A program made the position numbers and the translations under genes. Below the pieces are notes generated by a model. The model had not been told where the DNA came from. It was given only the letters and a program-made list of their open reading frames with translations, and did no database searches. From Candidatus Heimdallarchaeota archaeon (GTDB lineage Archaea > Asgardarchaeota > Heimdallarchaeia > JABLTI01), in contig DXJV01000025.1 in assembly GCA_019056785.1 (NCBI GenBank), forward strand, positions 1 through 64,000: DNA of 64,000 nt, given 5' to 3'. Shown here piece by piece: positions 29,574-39,232 of this stretch (position 1 is the first letter of the stretch; each line of letters begins with the position of its first letter).

Positions 29574-31007
29574 ATGCGACAAAAACAGAAAAAAAAAGAA
29601 GTGCGGAAAAACACCGGTGGCATTGAGGAGAAACAGGAACCAATAGAATTGCAAGAAGAAGAACACAAACAATTGAAATTGTGGGAAGTCCTAAAGCTAC
29701 CATGGTATGAAGTAGTGCTTGTCATTTTGCTTGTAGGAGCAACGGTGGCAATGTTTGTTTTAGATCGGATTTTACCCGGGGGAATGCTCATAGGAGTAGT
29801 AATCACTTCTGCTCTCCTCGGTCTTTGGCTAGCGTTTCGACCCAGCGAATTTGCAGTTGATGGTCTCGACAATTTAATGAAATATGCGGGCCTAACAGCA
29901 TATGTTGCAGGAGTCATATCAAGTCTGGCAAGCAACCTTCCAGAAGCCGTTGCCGCAGGCATCTTGCTTGTCAAAGGACACGCAGCAGGGCAACAAGATT
30001 TGGTAAATACAGCCTTTTATACTACTCTTTCGGCCGCTGGGTTTAATGCTATTCTATTAGCAATTGTTATTCTCGTTGGTGGAAAAAAGAAAGGCTATGT
30101 AGAAATCAAGGTTGAAACAATGCGTGCTGAAAATGTTTTACTCCGCTGGGGATTTGTTGCAACATTTCTTACCTTTGCCATTGCAATTATTGAGATTCTC
30201 TTTCAGATTTTTACTGAAGTGAAAAATCAAACGTTCTTTGCAGGCATTGAACACATCCATGGTGAGCTTCCACGTATGGCTGCTGCGGTATTGGTCGTTG
30301 GCTATCTTGTTTATCTTGTCTATTTAATTGTTAAAGGACGACAAGCCAAAGCACTTGACCACATCATTGAAAAGCAAACGAAACCAACAAGAGGACCACT
30401 TGATGAAAAAATGCCCAATACAAAAGAATTGGCAGAAAAGACTGAACCAAACATTCTGAATACAGTTACTTGCGATGAAAGCGATGAAACCTATCGCCAA
30501 AGTGGAAAAGGAATTGATAACCCATTTCTGGTTGCACCTGCCTTAGAGCGCCCTCATGTTAGTTTAGGGGCGGCAATTGTACTAGTAATTCTCGGAATCG
30601 GTGGAATTGCGGGAGGTGGTTATCTTCTTAGTCATGCAATTGAAAGTTTGTTGGAACATACCTCCATTAATATCGGCCTAGCGGCCCTTCTTGTTGGATT
30701 TTCAGGCTCAATCCCGGAACACGGTATTGCTGTTGTTGCAGCAGCAAAAGGAAAAACAGATGTTGCATTAGGGAATATTATCGGTGGTATTTTGCAAATG
30801 ACTTTATTGGTTTTCGGAGCTTTTGCAATGATTATCCCAGCTCCAATTGACTACTTCATGCTCTTCCAAATCGCAACAATTGCTGTCATAATATGGTTTG
30901 TTCTGAGAAGTATAACAGATGACCATAGATTGACATCTTTTGAAGCGATTATGATAATGTTGGCTCAAACTTTCGGCTTCATTCTGTTGATAACTGAACT
31001 AACTTGA
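29574..31007 (+). CDS. Ca2+/cation antiporter (CaCA family)
   Basis: Alpha-1 'SSLASNLPE' and alpha-2 'GFSGSIPEH..ALGNIIGG' repeats; two TM bundles separated by a hydrophilic loop. Confidence 0.85.
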   Translation: MRQKQKKKEVRKNTGGIEEKQEPIELQEEEHKQLKLWEVLKLPWYEVVLVILLVGATVAMFVLDRILPGGMLIGVVITSALLGLWLAFRPSEFAVDGLDNLMKYAGLTAYVAGVISSLASNLPEAVAAGILLVKGHAAGQQDLVNTAFYTTLSAAGFNAILLAIVILVGGKKKGYVEIKVETMRAENVLLRWGFVATFLTFAIAIIEILFQIFTEVKNQTFFAGIEHIHGELPRMAAAVLVVGYLVYLVYLIVKGRQAKALDHIIEKQTKPTRGPLDEKMPNTKELAEKTEPNILNTVTCDESDETYRQSGKGIDNPFLVAPALERPHVSLGAAIVLVILGIGGIAGGGYLLSHAIESLLEHTSINIGLAALLVGFSGSIPEHGIAVVAAAKGKTDVALGNIIGGILQMTLLVFGAFAMIIPAPIDYFMLFQIATIAVIIWFVLRSITDDHRLTSFEAIMIMLAQTFGFILLITELT

Positions 31008-31014
31008 AAAAGCA

Positions 31015-31038
31015 ATTGATGAGAAACCTCTCATCAAT
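31015..31038. terminator. Perfect hairpin between convergent genes (putative bidirectional terminator)
   Basis: ATTGATGAGA-AACC-TCTCATCAAT, 10-bp stem followed by a T-run. Confidence 0.55.
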
Positions 31039-31069
31039 GATCTTTTTTTAAAAGGGGGGAAGGGTTTGT

Positions 31070-32053
31070 TTATTTGAAATATTTTTCAAGATTTGCTGAG
31101 AGACGCTCATTGGATGCATAGACTTCTGCTGGTTTGAATTTTTGCCCGGTAATAAGTTCATAAGCATTGATAACATTTAATGCTGCATTTACTATGACAT
31201 CTTCAGGAAGGTCGGGGATTGTCCCGTCACCGGTGAAGCCCTGTTCTCGAAGCCAGTTTCGAACATATTCTTTGTCTAGGCCCTTTTGGTCTACTCCTTG
31301 CTCAAATCGCTCTTTGTAAAATTCTTTCAGCCAGTATCTAGAAGAGTCTGCTGTTAGCACCTCATCGATTAAAACAAGCTCATTATCTGGTGTATAACCA
31401 AATTCAAATTTGGTGTCGACAAGAATTCCTCCTTGCTTGCTAACAACAGCATTTCCTTCTTCGTAGAGCTTGAAGGCAACGTTAATGATTCTATCAAGCA
31501 CTTCTTGGGAAACAATTCCTTGTTCGACGATTTCCTTTGGCGTAATTTCAACATCATGCCCTTCTTTTGCCTTCGTCGTTGGCGTAAAGACTGGCTCGGG
31601 AAGTTTCTCATCTTTTCGCAGATCCGGTGGAAACTCAACACCTGAAATAACAAGTGGTAAACCTTGTTCTTTCAAATATTTATAGCGGCGCCAAGCAGAA
31701 CCAGTAAGATACCCCCGGATGATCACTTCAAGTTCAATAGGGCGACATTTTTGAGCAATCATGACATTTGGGTCGGGAACAGCAATAATGTGATTTTTCA
31801 TAAATTTCTTTGTTCGTTCAAACCAAAATTCCGATGTTTGATTCAATGCTTGCCCTTTATAGGGGATGCCCTGATTCAAGATGGCATCAAAAGCTGAGAT
31901 GCGATCTGTTGTAATTATTATGATTTTATCATCATGAAAATAAAGGTCCCGTACTTTTCCACTTTTTTTCTCGCCAAATTTCGGGAGGTCGGCTGAGAGA
32001 AAGACATTCGGAATTTGCTTTTTAATGGTCTCTGTTAAAGAAATATTGTTCAT
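31070..32053 (-). CDS. purC: Phosphoribosylaminoimidazole-succinocarboxamide (SAICAR) synthase
   Basis: 'GKVRDLY', 'TDRISAFD', 'FTPTTKA', 'LVDTKFEFG', 'DEVLTADSSRYW', 'LDKEYVRNWL'. ATG at 32053 preferred. Confidence 0.95.
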   Translation of the reverse strand: MNNISLTETIKKQIPNVFLSADLPKFGEKKSGKVRDLYFHDDKIIIITTDRISAFDAILNQGIPYKGQALNQTSEFWFERTKKFMKNHIIAVPDPNVMIAQKCRPIELEVIIRGYLTGSAWRRYKYLKEQGLPLVISGVEFPPDLRKDEKLPEPVFTPTTKAKEGHDVEITPKEIVEQGIVSQEVLDRIINVAFKLYEEGNAVVSKQGGILVDTKFEFGYTPDNELVLIDEVLTADSSRYWLKEFYKERFEQGVDQKGLDKEYVRNWLREQGFTGDGTIPDLPEDVIVNAALNVINAYELITGQKFKPAEVYASNERLSANLEKYFK

Positions 32054-32198
32054 AATTAAAACACACACCAATTTCCTTTTAAAAATCGATGGTCTTTTGA
32101 ATTTATTGTTTAATATAAATAAAACTAAATTTTCTGAAGAAAAACTATTAATTAAGGGAGATAAAAAGGTTAGTTACTATCAAATGAGAAGATGAAAA

Positions 32199-33428
32199 AT
32201 GCAAGATAAAAAGAGTGCCCTTAAAAAACTCATAGAAGACTTGAACAAAGGAAAAGACCTCGAGGAAGCTAAGAAAGAATTCCAACAAATCATCACGGAA
32301 ACAGGCCCGGATGAGCTTGCAAAAGTTGAGGAAGAATTAGTAAAGGAAGGTATGCCTCGAGAAAAGCTAAACCAACTGTGCGAAGTACATTTGGCAGTGT
32401 TTAAAGAACGATTAGGCAGCCAGAAATTAATCGTAAAAAAAGGCCATCCATTGGCAATCTTGATGGAAGAGCATCGCATTTTACTCGAGTATGTTCAGAA
32501 ACTGAACACAGCAGCAGCTAAAATCGCAAAGAAAAAGGGCTTTAAAGAAAGCACAGCTTTAATGGCAGATGTGAAGGATGTTGCTAGACACTTAGAAGCA
32601 TCAGCTAAGCATTATTTGCGTGAGGAAAATGTTCTTTTCCCATTCATAGAGAAACATGGGCTTACAGAACCACCAGCACAAATGTGGATTGATCATGACA
32701 ACATTCGAGCAACAAAAAAGACTTTGTATGACATCATACAGAAAGCAGATGAAAAGAAAGTGGACTTTAAGGAGTTTAAAGAAATTCTCTTAAAAACTGC
32801 AAATGAACTGGTGACAATCATTTCCAGCCACTTTTTCAAAGAGAACAATGTCTTATTCCCGGCATCAATGAGGTTATTAACAGCTGAAGAATGGGACACA
32901 ACGAGAAAAGAATTCGACGAGATTGGTTATTGTTGTTTCACACCAGAAGACATAATCAAGCCTGAAGAAACAAAAGAGAAAGCAGCGACTGCAGAAAAAG
33001 CCGGTCCTCCCAAGCAAATGGCTGAAGGGGTTATAGAATTTGAGACAGGACCATTACCAATAGCTGTTATTGAACCAATTCTAAACACATTACCCGTTGA
33101 TATTACCTTTGTCGATGAGAATGACATTGTAAGATATTTCAGTAAAGGAGACGAACGGATTTTTGTAAGAACGAAAGCGATCATTGGGAGAGCAGTTATT
33201 AACTGCCATCCTCAGAAAAGCTATGATGCTGTGGAACGAATTCTGACGGACTTCCGGGAAGGAAAGCGGAAGACAGCTGAATTTTGGATCAATCTAAATG
33301 ACAGGATGATTTACATCCGCTATTTCGCTGTCCACGATAAAAATGGGAAATATCTTGGAACATTAGAAGTTTCACAGGACATTACGGAGATTCAAAAACT
33401 TGAAGGCGAAAAGCGATTACTGGATTAG
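32199..33428 (+). CDS. DUF438 / hemerythrin-like / PAS domain protein
   Basis: 'LCEVHLAVF', 'GHPL..LMEEH', 'HYLREENVLFP', 'HFFKENNVLFP', PAS 'LPVDITFVDEND..NCHP'. Confidence 0.9.
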   Translation: MQDKKSALKKLIEDLNKGKDLEEAKKEFQQIITETGPDELAKVEEELVKEGMPREKLNQLCEVHLAVFKERLGSQKLIVKKGHPLAILMEEHRILLEYVQKLNTAAAKIAKKKGFKESTALMADVKDVARHLEASAKHYLREENVLFPFIEKHGLTEPPAQMWIDHDNIRATKKTLYDIIQKADEKKVDFKEFKEILLKTANELVTIISSHFFKENNVLFPASMRLLTAEEWDTTRKEFDEIGYCCFTPEDIIKPEETKEKAATAEKAGPPKQMAEGVIEFETGPLPIAVIEPILNTLPVDITFVDENDIVRYFSKGDERIFVRTKAIIGRAVINCHPQKSYDAVERILTDFREGKRKTAEFWINLNDRMIYIRYFAVHDKNGKYLGTLEVSQDITEIQKLEGEKRLLD

Positions 33429-33433
33429 AAACA

Positions 33434-34477
33434 CTAATCCTTTCGTCCTTCCGTTATTTTTTGTAGTGCAGTTATAAGAATATCAGCTTGTGGTGGAGCA
33501 AGGGGTTTACCATCAATTAAAGCACCTTCACTTTTCTTGGTGACCTCGCCAACCACTGCAATTGGGAGAGTCTTTGCGACTTTTTCTGTAAGAAGACTAG
33601 CTTTTTCTTTTGATGTTACAACAACCAATGTCCCTGAGGATATCAATCGCAAAGGATCAATTTTCAAAAAAGAAGCAAGCTCATGAGCTTCCTTTGTAAG
33701 GGGGAATTGTTCAGAAGAAAGCCGCAAGCCAAAGCCTTCAGGAACAATTGTTTCATAAATCGCCCCTAAAATCCCCCCTTCTGTTGCATCGTGCATTAGA
33801 CCTGGGCGAATCAATTTATTAACTGTTAATGCAACATCCACAACAGAAAGCGCTTCTCCTAAAGCAAGCAATTTTGAGAGAAAACTCTTACTGAAAAATT
33901 GCTGTAAGTATTTTTTCCCTTCATGAGCAATTATCCCCATTCCTTCTTTTGCACAAAAACCAACACAAACAATGACATCACCCACAGTGATCTTTCTTGG
34001 GACATAAAAATCTCGAGGAACAAAACCAATCATCGCACCTGAGAGGACCGGAGAAACCACAGATTGGGAAAATTCGGTGTGCCCTCCAAGGACAGCAATG
34101 CCTAGATTCGAGCATGTTTGTTGGACATTTTTTTGAATTTTGAAAACCTCTGCTTCTGAAAAGCCGGGCGGAAAAACCATCGTTATGTTAAAACCAAAAG
34201 GGAGTGCACCACTTGTGACAATATCATTGGCATTTATTATTACAACTGATTTCCCGGGGTTTGCTGTTGGGAAAGTAATTGGGTCGGTTTTTACAACCAA
34301 AAGCACTTCTTCTGAGCTCTGATAGAACTCTTGTGCCCGTTGGCTCGCAAGAGAATAATCAAGAACAGCAACATCCACACCTACTTTCGGTCCTTGTAGA
34401 ACGCCTTCAATTTTCTCGGCATAGTGATAGTCAAGAAGCTTTTCGAGAGAACGGAAAGGGAGCTTACCTTCTTCCAT
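33434..34477 (-). CDS. AIR synthase-related (PurM/HypE-like) protein
   Basis: 'GPKVGVDVAV', 'KTDPITF', 'NANDIVTSGA', 'GGHTE', 'MHDATEGG', 'DPLRLISSG'. Confidence 0.88.
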   Translation of the reverse strand: MEEGKLPFRSLEKLLDYHYAEKIEGVLQGPKVGVDVAVLDYSLASQRAQEFYQSSEEVLLVVKTDPITFPTANPGKSVVIINANDIVTSGALPFGFNITMVFPPGFSEAEVFKIQKNVQQTCSNLGIAVLGGHTEFSQSVVSPVLSGAMIGFVPRDFYVPRKITVGDVIVCVGFCAKEGMGIIAHEGKKYLQQFFSKSFLSKLLALGEALSVVDVALTVNKLIRPGLMHDATEGGILGAIYETIVPEGFGLRLSSEQFPLTKEAHELASFLKIDPLRLISSGTLVVVTSKEKASLLTEKVAKTLPIAVVGEVTKKSEGALIDGKPLAPPQADILITALQKITEGRKD

Positions 34478-34576
34478 CTGTTATTCACCCCGTGATGGTA
34501 GTAGTAACAACAAACTATTTTTAGATAATAAAAAACTATTCCAATTACTTGAAAGAGCCTTAAGGAAATCACTATT

Positions 34577-35422
34577 ATGAATGAATTGAAAAAGTTACTA
34601 TTGGAACTTGATGAACATATGCAAGAAGTGTATCAGACAAATGCCGGAGAGAAAAAATTTCTCGAAAAAACCGACAATATTAATGTCACAGGCGAACGTT
34701 CTCGAGTAATTGACATGCTTTTAGAAGAGACAATAATTGACTTCTTTAAGGAGAAAGCTTTTCCTTGTGTGATTGTAACAGAAGAACGAGGGAAGGTAGC
34801 CTTAACTGCAACACCTAAGTTTGTAGTTATTACTGACCCCCTCGATGGGACAACGAATTTTTCCAGAGGAATACCTTTAACTTGTTATGGCATAGCAATT
34901 GCAAAAATAAGGAAGAAAAGTGAGCAAACCGCATTCAATGACATCCAGGCAGCCGCTGTCCGATCATTTCATACTGATGAATTTTTTCTTAGTGACAGCA
35001 AGGAGGGAAGCACCTTAAACAATCAAGCTATCACACCATCAAAAGAAACGAACTTACAAAAAAGCTTACTAGCAATTGATTTGGATAGAATTTGGCATAA
35101 AAAACCAGCAAAAGTACAAGCAGTTTTGTCAATCGTGAAACAATGTAAAGGTATTCGACGATTTGGTGCAAATCTCCTCGATATGTGCTATGTAGCTGCC
35201 GGACGAATTGAATGTATGATTGACATCCGGAACATGCTCTCTATTGTTCATACACCAGGATTATTTATCGCCAAAAAAAGTGGTGCTGTTCTTAGCACAA
35301 AATTATACGAGGAATTCAACCCTACCTTGGAAGCTCAAGAGAAGATGAGCTTCGTGTTATGCAACAATGCCAACCTTGCAAGTAAAATATTAGCTAAATT
35401 AGATGAAAGCCACTTTAAATGA
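34577..35422 (+). CDS. Inositol monophosphatase / FBPase family protein
   Basis: 'VTEE', 'DPLDGTTNF', 'RRFGANLLDMCYVAAG'. Confidence 0.9.
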   Translation: MNELKKLLLELDEHMQEVYQTNAGEKKFLEKTDNINVTGERSRVIDMLLEETIIDFFKEKAFPCVIVTEERGKVALTATPKFVVITDPLDGTTNFSRGIPLTCYGIAIAKIRKKSEQTAFNDIQAAAVRSFHTDEFFLSDSKEGSTLNNQAITPSKETNLQKSLLAIDLDRIWHKKPAKVQAVLSIVKQCKGIRRFGANLLDMCYVAAGRIECMIDIRNMLSIVHTPGLFIAKKSGAVLSTKLYEEFNPTLEAQEKMSFVLCNNANLASKILAKLDESHFK

Positions 35423-35458
35423 CAGTCATTGCTTAATTTCCACGAGGAAAGAATCCCA

Positions 35459-36217
35459 TTAAATTGCTTTCCAATAAAGACGTGCTTTTGTTAATAATTC
35501 GTTATTTTTAATCTTGGTGATTTTGCTAAGGCTCACAAGACTATCATCTGTTTTAGATGCTTTTTGGAACTCTGTTTCAACAAGAACAGTATCTTGATGA
35601 AATGCCTGCCCTTTAAAACTAATTTCCAATTTGTTAACAACATATTTCTTGAGGGTTTTTGATGGCACACTTTCCAAGAGCCACTCCAAATAGATAGCAT
35701 TATTTACATGGTTATTTAGATCCAGGTCTGAACGGCGAACAGTAAGTGTTGCAGAAGCATCAGTTTTTTCCGGGAGAGGGAGCTTTGGAAAATCATAAGA
35801 AACCGACCGTCTGTCAAGTATTGGTCGGTCAGACACATAATCTAAATAATTAACAGGTTTTCTTTTAACATAATTATAAAGAATCCAACTGGTAGTTGCA
35901 CTACAAACGATTTTTCCAGACTCGTTAATAATTTCAAAATCCCGTAAAGAATATTTCTCACTCTCACTACGTGCAACCCAAGAGCGAATGGTTAAAAGTT
36001 CATCAATGGTGGGATACTCATACATTTCAATGTAATATCGAAGCAAATACCACGTAAGATTGCGCTTGAAGATATGTTGAAAACTAACACCCAAATTTGA
36101 CGCATGCTCAAAAGCCACTTCCTGGAGATAGTTAACAATAGCCGTGAACTTTATATGACCGGTGTAAGTCATATCTAACGCTCGAGGTTTAACTTGCAAT
36201 TCATAGATGTCTATCAT
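35459..36217 (-). CDS. Acyl-ACP/acyl-CoA thioesterase (FatA/FatB-like double hot-dog)
   Basis: 'YLQEVAFEHA..LG', 'RDFEI', 'VRRSDLDLNNHVNNAIYLEW'. Confidence 0.9.
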   Translation of the reverse strand: MIDIYELQVKPRALDMTYTGHIKFTAIVNYLQEVAFEHASNLGVSFQHIFKRNLTWYLLRYYIEMYEYPTIDELLTIRSWVARSESEKYSLRDFEIINESGKIVCSATTSWILYNYVKRKPVNYLDYVSDRPILDRRSVSYDFPKLPLPEKTDASATLTVRRSDLDLNNHVNNAIYLEWLLESVPSKTLKKYVVNKLEISFKGQAFHQDTVLVETEFQKASKTDDSLVSLSKITKIKNNELLTKARLYWKAI

Positions 36218-36399
36218 TTACTGAACACCAAATGAAAATCTTGTTAGTATCAAGTCACTTACAAAAGTTTCCATGGAACTTGTTAAAAATAGACAAGTTT
36301 TTCTTGTAATTAATATAGCCAAAAAGATTCCTTAAAAAAAACTTTCTACATTTGACTTATCTTTAGAAGGTGCATGTAAAAAAGAAAAAGTGAAGACTA

Positions 36400-37047
36400 T
36401 TATTTTGGCCGTTCTTTATGACAAAGCCACCAATCATAACACTCGTATTTCTTCTTTCGCTCTGCAGCGGTTTTCACATCACTTGCAGGAGGAATGATCA
36501 CGCGATCTTTTATCAGTTCATTATTGGGCCAGTTTGCCGGAATTGCAACATTATGCTTGTCTGCAATTTGGAATCCTTCAAGAATCCGTAGAATTTCATC
36601 CATGTTTCTACCCATTTCAGGTGGATAGTAAATGATAGCTCGAATGATGCTTTCAGGGTCAATAACAAAGACCGCTCGAACGGTGCTTGATGATTTGTGC
36701 GGGTGAATCATGCCATAAAGCTTTCCTACCTGGCCATGGTCAGCAATGATAGGAAATTCAATGTCTACATCTAAATTTTCTTTGATCCATTCAACCCACT
36801 TAATATGACTAAAAACCTGGTCAATACTTAAGCCAAGAAGTTCAGCGTTAAGCTTTGAAAATTCCGCCTTTCGTTTTTGAAAAGCAACAAATTCTGTCGT
36901 ACAAACAGGCGTAAAGTCCGCAGGATGAGAGAAAAAGATCACCCACTTACCGGCGTAATCTTCCGGAAAGTTGATTGGACCATGAGTGGTCGTTGCAGTA
37001 AAACTTGGGGCTTTGTCACCTATTAAGGGAAAAGTAGTTTCTTCCAA
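36400..37047 (-). CDS. Peroxiredoxin (Prx6/archaeal type)
   Basis: '[15 protein letters not shown]', '[10 protein letters not shown]', C-terminal 'CYDWWLC'. Confidence 0.95.
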   Translation of the reverse strand: MEETTFPLIGDKAPSFTATTTHGPINFPEDYAGKWVIFFSHPADFTPVCTTEFVAFQKRKAEFSKLNAELLGLSIDQVFSHIKWVEWIKENLDVDIEFPIIADHGQVGKLYGMIHPHKSSSTVRAVFVIDPESIIRAIIYYPPEMGRNMDEILRILEGFQIADKHNVAIPANWPNNELIKDRVIIPPASDVKTAAERKKKYECYDWWLCHKERPK

Positions 37048-37199
37048 TGTGTATACCTCTAATTAGTTTATTTTTAAAGAAACACTCTCTTTTTTATAAT
37101 TATAAATTCTTCCTTATAAAGTGAATGTTTTTCTTGCTAAAACTTTAATTTTGAAGTGGTCTAAATAATAAAGGAACGATTTTAGGAGATTGAAAGGAA

Positions 37200-39227
37200 T
37201 TAATCAATTGGTGTTTTGGCTTTTTTCTGTGCCATCTTCTTCTTTAGTTGCTCTAACATCGCAGGCGAAATTTTCCCCTCTGCAACCATCTTTTTAATCT
37301 TTTCAGGGTCAAGCATGCCCATTTCCATCATTGCAAGAGGTGAAAGCTCTACTTCTTCCTCCTCTTCTTCTTCGAGCACTTTCTCTACATCGATTTCCTC
37401 TAAGCCTTGGAATTTGTAATAGGTTTCATAGATATCGGCATAAAGTCCTTTCTTTCGGATTAACTCCTCATGCGAGCCCATTTCAACAAGCTCACCATGC
37501 GAGAGAACAATTATTTTATTAGCATCGAAAATTGTCGAAAGACGATGAGCGATAACAAAGGTTGTACGTTTTTTAAAGAGCGTCCTTTGTGCAACTTGAA
37601 CAAGAGATTCGGAGTACGCATCAAGTCTTGATGTAGCCTCATCAAGGATGAGGATCTTTGGGTCAGCAAGCATTGTCCTTGCGATTGTAATGATTTGTCT
37701 CTGCCCAGCGCTGAGTTGTTTTCCACCTTCCCGGACGACGGTTTGATAGCCATTGGGAAGCGCCTCAATAAAGGTATCAGCACCAATCATTTTGCAAATT
37801 GTATAAACTTCTTCATCTGTGGCATCAGCTTTTCCGTATTTGATATTTTCTAATACAGTTGCTGTGAAAAGATAAGGCTCTTGAGGTATCAAACCAATTG
37901 CTTTTCGCAATGATTTTTGGGCAATTTTTTTGATATCTTGCGCACCTATTTTTATGGATCCTTTTTGGATGTCATAAAAACGCGTTAGAAGCATACTTGC
38001 AAGGGTTGTCTTGCCGGCGCCAGTCTCACCTACAAGAGCAACCATTTCTCCTTCTTCTACTTGAAATGTGATGTCTTTTAGTACCCAGTTTTCATTATCA
38101 TAAGAAAACCAGACATGTTCAAACGAAACAGAATAATCATTTCCAAGAGGTTCGGCGTCAGGTGCATCAGGAATAGAGGGAGATGCCTCCAGAACATCGA
38201 GAACCCGGTCAACTGCTCCTAAAGATGTCTGTAATTGTGGGAAAGATAAGGAGAGATGTGCCACAGGGCGGAGAAATTGTGCAGCCAGAATTGTACCTAG
38301 GAAAATCTGCCCAATTGAAATAGAAGCGAGATAACCACCCATCCAAAGAATAGCTGCAGTGACGATAGAACTAATCGAGGAAATTAAGGGCATCATAATG
38401 TTCATCATTAAGCCAAATTTTTTACTCATCTTATAATTTTCCTGATTCAAAACCCGCATTTGACTTGAGAGATTCCCTTCTTGGTTAAATGCTTTACTAA
38501 CGGCAATTCCTGCAAAGCTTTCAGCGATCTTACCGGAAACAATGCCAAAAGTTTGTCGAATGCCAAGAACGATACGTCTACCGATAGTACTCAGAACAAA
38601 ACTCAAAAGAAGGGCAAAGGGAATGGACCCAAGACAGATCAAGACAATTTGCCATGGCAGGCGAATGAGGATCACAACGAGAGTCGTCACCAGTAGAAAA
38701 AGTTGTACTGCAATGCTAATGAAGACTTGAAGACCGGTTGACACTTCATCGGTATCACTGGTAATCCGCGCAGTAATATTGCCACTTTGCTCTTTTTTGA
38801 GATAATCCATTGAAGCATTAATAAGCTTGTTATAAACATCTTTCCGGATTTTATGAACCATATCAGCACGCACTTTAGAAAGCAAACGAGTTGTTAAGGA
38901 GTTCAAAATAAACCCAAAAGACCCCAACAATACATAGAATAAGGTGTAAATAATTATAATTGTTCTTTCAGAAAGGGTTACCCCAAACCATACAATCACT
39001 TTACCTAAGGAGGGATCAATAGCATCGATCCCATTAGACAAGATAATAGGATTAAGAATTTGAGTTGCAGAGTAAGCAAGACTCAAAAATGCTGCCAAGA
39101 CAAGTAAACCTACGAAACCTTTCAAATATTTGCTTAAAGCCTTTAAGAGTACTGGAGTAGGCCGTGTTACCTTTTTCCGGTCGGCAATTCGACCGATCAT
39201 TCGCCCTGCGCCGCCACCATGTCCCAT
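37200..39227 (-). CDS. ABC exporter half-transporter (TMD+NBD), subunit with canonical Walker B Glu and H-loop
   Basis: Walker A 'GETGAGKTT', signature 'LSAGQ', Walker B 'ILILDEAT', H-loop 'IAHR'. Confidence 0.93.
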   Translation of the reverse strand: MGHGGGAGRMIGRIADRKKVTRPTPVLLKALSKYLKGFVGLLVLAAFLSLAYSATQILNPIILSNGIDAIDPSLGKVIVWFGVTLSERTIIIIYTLFYVLLGSFGFILNSLTTRLLSKVRADMVHKIRKDVYNKLINASMDYLKKEQSGNITARITSDTDEVSTGLQVFISIAVQLFLLVTTLVVILIRLPWQIVLICLGSIPFALLLSFVLSTIGRRIVLGIRQTFGIVSGKIAESFAGIAVSKAFNQEGNLSSQMRVLNQENYKMSKKFGLMMNIMMPLISSISSIVTAAILWMGGYLASISIGQIFLGTILAAQFLRPVAHLSLSFPQLQTSLGAVDRVLDVLEASPSIPDAPDAEPLGNDYSVSFEHVWFSYDNENWVLKDITFQVEEGEMVALVGETGAGKTTLASMLLTRFYDIQKGSIKIGAQDIKKIAQKSLRKAIGLIPQEPYLFTATVLENIKYGKADATDEEVYTICKMIGADTFIEALPNGYQTVVREGGKQLSAGQRQIITIARTMLADPKILILDEATSRLDAYSESLVQVAQRTLFKKRTTFVIAHRLSTIFDANKIIVLSHGELVEMGSHEELIRKKGLYADIYETYYKFQGLEEIDVEKVLEEEEEEEVELSPLAMMEMGMLDPEKIKKMVAEGKISPAMLEQLKKKMAQKKAKTPID

Positions 39228-39232
39228 TATTT

